Below are positions 12,375-24,300 of a DNA stretch of 64,000 bases, piece by piece. The notes below the pieces were generated by a model. It worked only from the letters and a program-made list of their open reading frames with translations. It was not told where the DNA came from and ran no database searches. Numbering within the stretch: the first letter of the stretch is position 1; each line of letters begins with the position of its first letter. Origin of the DNA: Pristiophorus japonicus (taxonomy: Eukaryota); contig NC_091992.1 of the NCBI RefSeq assembly GCF_044704955.1, positions 22,444,001 through 22,508,000 on the forward strand, read 5' to 3'. A program made the translations under genes and the position numbers.

Positions 12375-13004
12375 GGGCTAGACTTTCCCCAGAGCCCTCA
12401 CAGCCCGACTGCCACCCAGAAAAGACCGCTAAGCTTCAGCAATTAACACCAGTGAAAATTTCCACTAATGAGGTAAGTAATATCAAATGGTTCTTGCACC
12501 AAGATTCTGGGTGGTTACATCTGAAACTAGTGAGAACAGGCAGTTCTTACCTGAATGGGCGGGAAGTTTTTAAAATTTAGTCTGAGGCTGTGGTTGGGCC
12601 TAGGGATGGGGGGGGGAACTTAAAAAATACTTCTTCACCAAAAAAAAGTTTAAAAAAAACATTCCCAAGATAGTTTTAAAGGTAATTGCCGTTTTACAAT
12701 TAAAAAAATAAAAATAAAAAACCTTTAACTTACCTTTCTTTGCAGAGTACTCACTCTACTGCCCTGTTTCAGGCTGCTTCTCGTGGATGGTTTCCTCAGC
12801 GATCTGGACGGGCTTCCATTGAGGCCAATCTTCCGTCCTGGCGCTTTTCTCGACGGTGCACGTGGGCGGTTTGCTCCCCGGCGGTCATTTCGAGATGTGG
12901 GCAGTTCCATTTAAAAAGGGGGAAACTTTCGCCAGGCGATTTCTCTTACAAAAACAGCTGTACCGCCAAGAAAACCGCTGAAAATAGAGCTGATAGTCTC
13001 CCCC
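12375..13004. mobile_element. Harbinger-like MITE, diverged
   Basis: gggctagacttt terminus; shares the aaaactttaacttacctt..tgcaga core with 58708-59280. Confidence 0.45.
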
Positions 13005-16000
13005 TCAGTGACCTTTATATCGCTTTTATTTCTTTGATTTCTCTCTTTATACCACCTTGTCTCCTATACATATCAATTCTGTTATTTAACCATTTCCTAT
13101 TCACACATTGGTATTTATAGGTCATTATATTTCTTTAACCTGTGAATATGGTCGTCGTGTGTTTCACCCCTTCCCTTTGTTCTGTTCCATTTTAAATGCA
13201 ATCATCTGTAATGTCTTTCAGCTTGAATTAAGATTAATACCTGGAACATCAACTGATATCTGTTCTCTCACAGAGGCTGTCTGATATGCCGAGCGTCTCC
13301 AGCATTTACTGATTTTGTTTCAGATTTTCAGCACCTGCAATATTTTGGGTTTTGTTCATTCTGTGAAACATACAAACATACAAACATAGAAAATAGGTGC
13401 AGGAGTAGTCCATTTGGCCCTTCGAGCCTGCACCACCATTCAATGAGTTAATGGCTGAACATGCAACTTCAGTATCCCATTCCTGCTTTCTCGACATATC
13501 CCTTGATCCCCCTAGTAGTAAGGACTACATCTAACTCCTTTTTGAATATATTTAGTGAATTGGCCTCAACAACTTTCTGTGGTAGAGAATTCCACAGGTT
13601 CACCACTCTCTGGGTGAAGAAGTTTCTCCTCATCTCGGTCCTAAATAGCTTACCCCTTATCCTTAGACTGTGACCCCTGGTTCTGGACTTCCCCAACATT
13701 GGGAACATTCTTCCTGCATCTAATCTGTCTAAAGCCGTCAGAATTTTAAACGTTTCTATGAGATCCCCTCTCATTCTTCTGAACTCCAGTGAATACAAGC
13801 CCAGTTGATCCAGTCTTTCTTGATATGTCAGTCTCGCCATCCCGGGAATCAGTCTGGTGAACCTTCGCTGCGCTCCCTCAATAGCAAGAATGTCCTTTCT
13901 CAGATTAGGTGACCAAAACCGTACACAATATTGAAGGTGTGGCCTCACCAGGGCCCAGTACAACTGCAGCAAGACCTCCCTGCTCCTATCGCTATGAAGG
14001 CCAACATGCCATTTGCCTTCTTCATCGCCTGCTGTACCTGCATGCCAACTTTCAATGACTGATGTACCATGACACCCAGGTCTCGTTGAACCTCCCCTTT
14101 TCCTAATCTGTCACCATTCAGATAATAGTCTGTTTTTACCACCAAAATGGATAACCTCACATTTATCCACATTATACTTCATCTGCCATGCATTTGCCCA
14201 CTCACCTAACCTAGCCAAGTCACTCTGCAGCCTCATAGCATCCTCCTCACAACTCACACTGCCACCCAATTTAGTGTCATCCGCAAATTTGGATACTACA
14301 TTTAATCCCCTCGTCTAAATCATTAATGTACAATGTAAACAGCTGGGGCCCCAGCACAGAACCTTGCGATACCCCACTAGTCACTGCCTGCCATTCTGAA
14401 AAGTACCCATTTACTCCTACTCTTTGCTTCTTGTCTGCCAACCAGTTCTCAATCCACATCAGCACACTACCCCCAATCCCATTTGCTTTAACTTTGCACA
14501 TTAATCTCTTGTGTGGGACCTTGTCGAAAGCCTTCTGAAAGTCCAAATACACCACATCAACTGGTTCCCCCTTGTCCACTCTACTGATAACATCCTCAAA
14601 AAATTCCAGAAGATTTGTCAAGCATGATTTCCCTTTCACAAATCCATGCTGACTTGGGCCTATCATGTCACCTCTTTCCAAATGCGCTGCTATGACATCC
14701 TTAATAATTGATTCCATCATTTTACCCACTACCGATGTCAGGCTGACCGGTCTATAATTCCCTGTTTTCGCTCTCCCTCCTTTTTTAAAAAGTGGGGTTA
14801 CATTGGCTACCCTCCATTCCATAGGAACTGATCCAGAGTCTATGGAATATTGGAAAGTAACTGTCAATGCATCCGCTATTTCCAAGGCCACCTCCTTAAG
14901 TACTCTGGGATGCAGACCATCAGGCCCTAGGGATTTATCGGCCTTCAATCCCATCAATTTCCCCAACACAATTTCCCGACTCATAAGGACTTCCCTCAGT
15001 TCCTACTTCTTATTAGACCCTCTGACCCCTTTTATATCCGGAAGGTTGTTTGTGTCTTCCTTAGTGAATACCGAATCAAAGTGCTTGTTCAATTGGTCTG
15101 CCATTTCTTTGTTCCCAGTTATGACTTCCTCTGATTCTGACTGCAGGGGACCTACGTTTGTCTTTACTAACCTTTTTCTCTCTACATATCTATAGAAGCT
15201 TTTGCAGTCCATTTTAATGTTCCCTGCAAGCTTCCTCTCGTACTCTATTTTCCCTGCCCTAATCAAACCCTTTGTCCTCCTCTGCTGAGTTCTAAATTTC
15301 TCCCAGTCCCCGGGTTCGCTGCTATTTCTGGCCAATTTGTATGCCACTTCCTTGGCTTTAATACTATCCCTGATTTCCCTTGATAGCCACGGTTGAGCCA
15401 CCTTCCCTTTTTTATTTTTACGCCAGACAGGGATGTACAATTGTTGTAGTTCATCCATGCGGCCTCTAAATGTCTGCCATTGCCCATCCACTGTCAACCC
15501 CTTAAGTATCATTTGCCAATCTATCCTAGCCAATTCACGCCTCATACCTTCAAAGTTACCCTTCTTTAAGTTCTGGACCATGGTCTCTGAATTAACTGTT
15601 TCATTCTCCATCCTAATCTAGAATTCCACCATATTATGGTCACTCTTCCCCAAGGGGCCTCGCACAACGAGATTGCTAATTAATCCTCTTTCATTACACA
15701 AAACCCAGTCTAAGATGGCCTCCCTCCTAGTTGGTTCCTCGACATATTGGTCTAGAAAACCATCCCTTATGCACTCCAGGAAATCCTCCTCCACCGTATT
15801 GTTTCCAGTTTGGTTAGCCCAATCTATATACATATTAAATTCACCCATGATAATTACTGCACCTTTATTGCATGCACCCCAAATTTCCTGTTTGATGCCC
15901 TCCCCAACATCACTCCTGCTGTTTGGAGGTCTGTACACAACTCCCACTGACGTCTTTTGCCCTTTGCTGTTCCGTAGCTCCACCCATACTGATTCCACAT

Positions 16001-16338
16001 CATCCAAGCTAATGTCTTTCCTTACAATTGCATTAATTTCCTCTTTAACCAGCAACGCCACCCCGCCTCCTTTTCCTTTCTGTCTATCCTTCCTAAATGT
16101 TGAATACCCTTGGATGTTGAGTTCCCAGCCTTGGTCACCCTGGAGCCATGTCTCCGTCATGCCAACCACATTGTATCCGTTAACTGCTATCTGCACAGTT
16201 AATTCGTTCACCTTATTCCGAATACTCCTCGCATTGAGGCACAGAGCCTTCAGGCTTGCCTTTTTAACACACTTTGATCCTTTAGAATTTTGCTGTAAAG
16301 TGGCCCTTTTTGTTTTTTGCCTCGGGTTTCTCTGCCCT

Positions 16339-17812
16339 TGTAAGGGTCAAAAATCCAGTGTTCAAAAAAAAAGACACCCGGTAACAAGGAAACAGAGCAT
16401 GGGACCATTCCATACACCCTTTTAATCGAACTTTGGCCAAGGCAAGCCACAGGAAGAAAGGCAGGCTGGGAAATATGTCTGTGGCCAGACACTATGTGAA
16501 TTCGAGGGCCACAGGCAGGCTGAGAAGCCAGCCAATCCCGGGAAAGTGCATCCTGCGCCGGCCAAGCAGTGAATCGAGCCGGGCCAGAAGCAGGGAAATC
16601 GTCAACCAATGGGGAATACCTGGCCCATTTTGTAAAGAACAGCTTACCTGGATCTAATCAAGGAGATGGGCCTATTACCAGCCCATTACCCATGTACATA
16701 AAGACAATAGGAAAGCCTCACATCTCAGTACATCCCGACCCTGACACAATAGCCAGCCAGATGATTAGGCACCGAGGTGCATAAGAGACAATGCTTTACA
16801 TTTAACACCTCATCCCCGCCTCGACTCAAACAATGAGACATTGATTCAGTTTGGGCACAAAAGGGGCCGGAACTGAACCAGATATAAAGGCAAGAGCAAG
16901 AAGGACACACACAGGTGGAGGAGACGCACAAAAGAAGGACACACACTCGGAAGGAGACACACTCAGACAGAGACAGAGAACTGACGACATCTCAAAGGAA
17001 GAGAGAGGGACTCAGCCTCGCAGCAGATAAAACCTCCAAGGACGACTGGAGAAGCCTGATTTAAGGTGGGACCGACTATACCTGTCAAAAGGGAAACTGT
17101 GAGTATCACCCTGGAGTCTTTTCCCAACTGTCAGCTTAGGCTAGTTAGGTGTAAAGGAGGGGGTGGGTGATAGAGTGGGTGTAAGGATTTTAAACTTGTA
17201 TAAACCTTTCGATGTGCCCGTTCCTCCCAGACCTTTTCTTAGTTCAAGGTGGTTCAACAAGCCAGTGCGTCGACCTTGTATTTCACTTGGTCCACACTTT
17301 GGGGGCTCGTACCAAATATACATGTGTGTATTTGCCTTTGTGTTGTTTTAGCAATGTGACCTTGTTTAAACGCTGGGTTTTAATAAAGTAGGACTTACCT
17401 TAATTTTTCAGGAACATTTCTTGTCTTTTGCATCTCTGAGTGTTTTATTGTGGGAAGCTCACTATCAAACCTAAATTCTGAGGTCAGAACCAGATAGGGG
17501 CACAGGACGCCTCAAAAATGTCATGGTTGCGATTGGATATAAGCGGCCGCAGACATATTGGTGGTATTAAACATATCACTAAGCTGTAATTGGATATAAG
17601 CAGCCGCAGACATATTGGTGGTATCAAATATATCACTAAGCTGTAATTGGGTATAAGCAGCCTCAGTCATATTGGTGGTATCAAACATATCACTAAGCTG
17701 TAATTGGTATAAGCAGGAAAAAGAAAAGATCCACTGGTGATAGCAACTCAAATCACCATAGTCTGAAGGTTGCGCCCGGTCACCAGCAACCGTAGAAGGA
17801 TAAATCCCTACA
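16339..17812 (+). mobile_element. Solo LTR (1474 bp), ERV-like or Gypsy-like
   Basis: TGTAAGGG...CCCTACA termini; 4-bp TSD CCCT (16335-16338 / 17813-17816); TATA-like GATATAAAGG at 16881; AATAAA near 17382; interrupts the CR1 ORF2 N-terminus. Confidence 0.85.
17532..17716. repeat. 57-bp tandem repeat, about 3.3 copies, inside the solo LTR
   Basis: Units start at 17532, 17589, 17646, 17703 (attggatataagc...cactaagctgta). Confidence 0.9.
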
Positions 17813-19211
17813 CCCTCCATTTTTACTCTTCTCCTTTCTGTCTTTTGCTTCTGTCTCCATTTTGTTTCCCTCTGTCGCCCTGCATTGGTTCCCATCCCCC
17901 TGCCATATTAGTTTAACTCCTCCCCAACAGCACTAGCAAACACTCCCCCTAGAACATTGGTTCCAGTCCTGCCCAGGTGCAAACCGTCCGTTTTGTACTG
18001 GTCCCACCTCCCCCAGAACCGGTTCCAATGCCCCAGGAATTTGAATCCCTCCCTGCTGCACCACTGCTCAAGCCACGTATTCATCTGAGCTATCCTGCGA
18101 TTCCTACTCTGACTATCACGTGGCACTGGTAACAATCCTGAGATTACTACTTTTGAAATCCTACTTTTTAATTTACCTCCTAGCTCCCTAAATTCGTCTC
18201 GTAGGACCTCATCCCATTTTTTACCTATGTCGTTGGTACCTATATGCACCACGTTCACCTTCCCTTTTCAGAATGTCCTGCACCCGCTCCAAGACATCCT
18301 TGACCCTTGCAGCAGGGAGGCAACATACCATCCTGGAGTCTTGGTTGCGGCCGCAGAAACGCCTATCTATTCCCCTTACAATCGAATCCCCTATCACTAT
18401 TGCTCTCCCACTCTTTTTCCTGCCCTCCTGTGCAGCAGAACCCGCCACGGTGCCATGAACCTGGCTGCTGCTGCTCTCCCCTGATGAGTCATCCCTCTCA
18501 ACAGTACCCAAAGCGGTGTATCTGTTTTGCAGGGGGATGACCGCAGGGTTCCCCTGCACTACCTTCCTTGCACTGTTCTTCCTGTTGGTCTTCCATTCCC
18601 TATCTGGCTGTGTACCCTTTACCTGCGGTAAGATCAACTCACTAAATGTGCTATTCACGTCATTCTCAGCATCGTGGATGCGCCAGAGTGGATCCACCCG
18701 CAGCTCCAGTTCCGCAACGCGGTTCGTCAGGAGCTGGAGGCGGATACACTTCCCGCACACGTAGTCGTCAGGGACACCGAAGGCAGCCCGGATTTCCCAC
18801 ATGGTACAGGAGGAGCATAACACGTGTCCGAGCTCTCCTGCCATGACTTAACCCCTAGATTAACTTAATTTGGCAACCACAATGCTAAAGGTTACTTACT
18901 GAAATAGAAAAGAAAAAGAAAAGGAAAAGCTACTTACCAATCACCAGCCAATCACTTACCCCTTTGACTGTGACATCACCTTTCGATTTCTTTCTAATTT
19001 TTTGCCTTCTGTTCCTACTGCAGCTGCTCAAGCACGCCTTTTGTAGGCCTCACCAACCCTGCCACAGGAACTCCCACCTCTCGCTGACTCCCCGAGCTCC
19101 TGGTCGCACTGGCCTTTTGTAGGTCTCACCAACGCTGCCGCCGGAACTCCGGCCTCTCGCCTGTCACAACATCCAAATTCTGACTGGGAAACCTAGCAGT
19201 TTGAAGTTGTT

Positions 19212-20374
19212 GGCCTGGAATTTACGGTCAGCAGCGAAGCGACAGCACTCGCCGCTGACCTCAAAGAAAGCTGCCCACAAAAATCTAGCGGTCTCTGTGG
19301 CGTGAATTTCAGCTTCCCCGACCTTTGTTTTGAATCTGGCGCCAAGTCAAGCGAATCTCCAGCCTCCAGCAGCAGTGATGTCATCAAGTAGGCTGAGCAG
19401 CCAATCACATTGAAGAATTCTCAGACAGCAAACCAGGAAGTAAAATGCACAGATTCTAATTTACTTTTTATAAATTTTACAGAGAGCAAAATAAAGATTG
19501 GGGCATACACATAGGATTAAGGTAGAAGTTGAAATATCATAAACAAACTTAAAAAATTATTTTAAAAACCATGAAATTCTTAATCATATTAATGGAAAAA
19601 TTTGGCATTCCACAAATATAAAATTAAGTTTTTCAGGACCAGAACTGTTGTTCAATACGCCATTAAAAACCCAGTTACACCTCTTTCAACAAGGCTTAAC
19701 TTTTTTTTTAGGAGGGAGCAGGGTTTAAGTAGCTATATTCCATTGTAAAAGGGGAAGTTTTCGACATTCAGTGTGATTTCAGTTGACTGCGAGCTCTGGG
19801 GAGTTCCACAGAGCAACCTGTGGCAGAGCAGGGAATGACTGACCGCAAATTCTGGATTTTCTTGTTTATTTGTGCATGTGCTAAATCCTTGGTTGCTGCT
19901 AGTTTCAGAGAAAGAAAGACTTGGATTTATATAGCGCCTTTCACGATCACCGGACATCTCAAAGCGCTTTACAGCCAACAAATACTTTTGGAGTGTAATC
20001 ACTGTTGTAATGTGGGAAACGTGGCAGTCAATTTGCGCACAGCAAGCTCCCATAAACAGCAATGTGATAATGACCAGATAATCTGTTTTTGTTAATGTTG
20101 ATTGAGGGATAAATATTGGCCAGGGCACCGGATATAGCTCCCCTGCGAAATAGTGCCACGGGATCTTTTACATCCACTTGAGAGAGCAGACGGGCCTCGA
20201 TTTAATGTCTCAACTGAAAGATGGCACCTCCAACAATGCAGCGCTCCCTCAGCACTGCACTGGAGTGTCAGCCTAGATTTATGTGCTCAAGTCCCTGGAG
20301 TGCGACTTGAACACAAAAAAATGACAGTGAACGCTGACAGTTTCGCCGTCATTACCCACGGCAAAATCCAGGCC
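19212..20374. mobile_element. Non-autonomous DNA transposon (PIF/Harbinger-like) with a nested SINE
   Basis: TIRs ggcctggaattt / aaaatccaggcc; 3-bp TSD GTT. Confidence 0.7.
19909..20312 (-). mobile_element. SINE of the same family, head truncated
   Basis: Body and tail match 45987-46387. Confidence 0.8.
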
Positions 20375-20789
20375 GTTAAAATGGCTGAAGTCCCTGGTAG
20401 TGGAATCTCAAACTCTAATCTGGAGATTTTAGAGTTGACTTGATCTGCCCCAAAGCTCCTCAATACTACATACTGTTTCTTTACCCCAGCTAATCTTTGA
20501 TATAATCCAATTTGATACCTGCTGATTTCAACGCCGCGAAAATGTTAGTGCGCACACAGAACTATTTAATGCAAACTGTGTAAATATTTAAGAATTACTT
20601 GCATCAAATTAAGTAATTTTTAATAACCAAAATCAATTTGTCATATTTCAGCTATTTGAAGTGATACTCATTTTTGTTTTAAAAATGCATCTCACTCTGA
20701 AGGTTAAATAGCATTTCCTCTAATTAAACGGCGTAGCAATGAGCCTCACTTTTTGTCATCATAAACCTCACTCTTAATATTGGACCTTC

Positions 20790-21034
20790 TTATCATTCCC
20801 AGCGACATGTCCGGAACGTGGTAAAAGATTCATTTATTTTTTTAAAAAACTGATAGAAACAAGTCGCTCCGTGTGCAAGTCTCGGGCTTTGCGGGTAACA
20901 TTTTGCACGCATTTTGCCTGTAGTCGTTTGCTGTTCCTCAGGGAGGTGCTGTACGGCCGAAGGTTTCGTTTTAATCGTGTGCTCACTTCCTACTTCGTCA
21001 GAGAGGGCGACCGCTTGCAGATTGGGAGCTAGCA
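20790..21034. promoter_or_regulatory. CpG-rich promoter region of the methyltransferase-like gene, possibly bidirectional
   Basis: Local CpG enrichment in non-repeat sequence directly 5' of the ATG; ETS-like CACTTCC motif near 20984; no TATA seen. Confidence 0.45.
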
Positions 21035-21334
21035 ATGGAGTCAGATGGTAGCGGTGAAATACAATGGCAAACAGTCCAACAGAGAAAATGCGGGGGTGAA
21101 AACCTGTATTACAAGATGTACTGCGTGAAGATGGAGCAGTTTCCAGCCGACATTCACAGATTTTGCGACCCTGAGTTACAACACGAGCGAAGAAGAGAGC
21201 TGCTTCAGCTATTGAGGGATGTCGAGGAATTGAGTTGCCAAAAGCTGCAAATATTATTTTCTTTTTCTATTCCAAATCTAGAAGCAATTAGCTTTATTGC
21301 AGATTTAAAGCAACCTGTGGTTTCAGCTGGTGCT
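21035..21334 (+). CDS. Methyltransferase-like gene, coding exon 1
   Basis: ATG 21035, 100 codons MESDGSG...PVVSAGA, donor GTAAGT at 21335. Confidence 0.8.
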
Positions 21335-24300
21335 GTAAGTAATATTTAAATTGCAACATGATCGTGTTGTTGCTCCTGCTCAGCGCTGAACGCCCCCTCC
21401 CTGTCACTTGCCTCATGTACAATATCTCGATCATTGGCTGACCTGCCATGGCTACAGATTGAAATAGAAATAAATGCATCAACTCAAAGCAGGCTCAGGT
21501 TAAGCCATTGCAACCAAGCAAGGTGCATTTCAAGAGCACCACAGGAAAAGTTGCACTAAAATTGACAGGCAAAAGTCACAATCCTCGATGTAAATTCTGA
21601 GAACTTTGAAAATGCCATTACATTTTTGTAGTTTTAGAATAAATTGAGCATATTCCCATTGGCCTAGATCATCAATGTTTTGCAGCTCCACCACCACCAT
21701 CCCTTGCTGCTACTGACCATGATATAATGGTCTCTGCCTCAATTACTCTACGTGATAAAACATTTCCTGCTTCAACACTCCTCTGTGCAAAGAAACTCCT
21801 CCAACCATCTCACTCTCTGAAATGATCATTTTAATTTGATGACTTCTTTTCACTGACTGCCAACTGGAGGAACTAGTTTGTTTTTCCATATTGAACTATC
21901 AAAGTTCTTAATTTTAAAAACCTGAAATAAATCTCATGGCCTTTTCTCACCAGCATTGTAGGCATTTTGAGAAGGTAGCATCTCAAGTTAGGAAGAAAGC
22001 CATTTGACACAGTGTAGCTAGACTTCCATAATGATGAAGTACCAAATGAGAGACTCTTACAAAGCAAGATAAAAGACGATGCATGGATTTGATTAGTACT
22101 GAATGGGCTGCCTAGAGGGCTATTGCTGTCATCCCTCCTATTCACGGTGTACATAAATGATCTGGATTTGCAGTCCTAATACAAGATGACTCGGTGTTGG
22201 GGGTGGACTCCCCAGGAAGCATCCAGTAGAATTTGTACCTTGGGTATTCAGTGGTTAATGAAATTCAATATGGACACAAAAGTGCTGCATATTGGAATTA
22301 AAAGTAGGAGCCACATGTACTCCGTGTGTGGAATAAAACTTGCCAAGGGGGAAGTTGAGAGACCTAGGTAGTTGCTAATGATGCCTGAGGGGTGTGAGGC
22401 AGCAACAAAAACAAGTAACTAGGATGCTGGGTTATATTTCAAAATCCGTTGAGTTCAGAGTGCCAAAAGTTATGCTGAAGTTGTACAGTGCCCTGAGTTC
22501 AGGTTATATCTGGATTACTGCAAAACACTTGTGATCACTGTGAAATCGGGTCCATCCAGCCCCCGGGGCCAATGCCAAGGTGAGCTAAGAAGCTGATCCA
22601 TGGTGTTAAGGAGAAGAATTATGGAGGACGACTTGATAAGCTTGAGCTGTTCAGGCTCGAAAAGAGAGATCTCAGAAGGAATTTTATAGGCATATAAGGT
22701 ATATAGATTGAGAGTAAATCCAGACAGTACTTTCAGGGCAGTACACCAAATTTAGAGGGCACAGATTCAGGATTGTAAAAGGCAAGTTTAAGACAGGCGT
22801 CAGGAAGTATGTCTTTATAGAAGCTGGTCAATTGTTGGAACAAATTGTCAGGAAGGATGGTTGAGGTGGGGATGCTAGTTAATTTAAGGAATGCCATACA
22901 CTTTAAAGATTAATATTCTGGAAGGATGAGACAAATGACTGAAGGATTGAACATTATTTGTGATTTTGACACACCATGTTTAATCTCACTTATGAATTTT
23001 TTTATGCAGGGAACAGGATACTGGGAGTATCTGCTTCAGAGCCATGGAGTAGATCTGATATCATTTGATACAAATACTGTTTATCCGTCTGAGATGCGAT
23101 ATTCAGAGATTTTGGTATGTGTTAACACTTTTGCAGAGTGACTAGAGTCATGAGTGAGGGTGGTGGTTTTATCTGTCACTCTGTTTATGTATGAGAGATG
23201 TTTAGATCTATAAAATAACAGATGATTAGGGGTGACTTGCAGACATTTATGCATTTCTTTTTCTGGTTCACATTGATTGCCTTAAATTTTCAAACTACTG
23301 CCTAAGACAACTGTACCTTTGTTTTATCTTTATTTTAGTTGAAAAGAAAAAGCCTAATTTGCCAATAACTCAGATTTTCAAAAAGAAATCTAAGCCCTAA
23401 ACGGACCTGCTTTAACGTAAATTGTAGACTTCATTTCTGCACATAACAATGTCAATCCGCATTTATGTAACGCCTTTAATGGAGTATATCCTCCTGAGGT
23501 GCTTCACAGAGGCCGAGCAGCGGTGGATGAGTTAGGGGAGGTGAACAAAGGCTTTGCCAAAAAGGCACGTTTAAAGGTAGGGAGGAAGTTAGCAAAGCAG
23601 AGGGCTTAAGGGAGAGAGTTCTAGAGTTTGGAGCTAAGACAGCTGAAGATTCTGCTACTGAAGGTAGAGAAAGAGGGCTCGAGTCAAAAGAGCAGATGGC
23701 ACATAGGGTCGGAGGACATTGCAGAGTTAGGGAGGTGTAAATCAGGGAAAGGGATGTGTAAATGAGATGAGGATTTTCAAATAATTACATGAGCGGGAAG
23801 CCATTAGAGACTGGTGAGTTTCGGACTGGTAAATGTCAAGCTGGGCTGGGGTCAGTCTAATGAGGACTAATTTTGCAGGTTCCATTTCGACTTGCTCTTT
23901 TTCTTTGTATAATCAACAACCCCGTTTCTCTTTTTTCCTTTTAATTTTCTAATTTGTGTCAGTAGTGTTTATCTCTCCAACCTGGCCTCTCTTCTGTTCC
24001 ACCTCCTGGCTGTATACTTATAGTCATCCAGTTCAATGTTTATGTGTCTCCTGGTAGTACACCTCTCGGCTTCCAAGTCTGCCTTTCCCTACTACTTTAG
24101 GACCAGATCTGCACATTAACCCAGAACTTTGTAGGGTTCAATAATAAATTATTTTGAATGTTTGGTTTTTACTAACATGATCACATTATGATAAACTTGT
24201 CATTTACAGTTTGCTAAGACTGGTTATAAAAGGCCCAAGTAAGTTGTACTCACACAAGCATTCACTGAACGTTGCATACACTAAAAACATAGGAACAGAA

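Larger units (their letters stand above)
13365..19160 (-). mobile_element. Near full-length CR1 LINE (ORF1 zinc finger + SGNH esterase; ORF2 APE + RT), disrupted and interrupted by a solo LTR
   Basis: ORF1 CSSC..CGKC, GDSIVR, HIGTND, DGLH; ORF2 TETWL, SDHN and RT motifs; 8-mer tail; tandem repeats in the 5' UTR; likely TSD CTGT. Confidence 0.95.

Noticed and set aside
15673-16425. 250-aa plus-strand ORF and similar ORFs at 42336-43037 and 49177-49785
   Set aside because: Antisense shadows of CR1 ORF2; they recur only because the CR1 copies are homologous
17532-17716. CRISPR-like array
   Set aside because: Contiguous 57-bp tandem units with no unique spacers, inside an LTR in a vertebrate genome with no cas genes
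17521-17895. 124-aa ORF with 19-aa repeats
   Set aside because: By-product of the 57-bp repeat read across the LTR/CR1 junction
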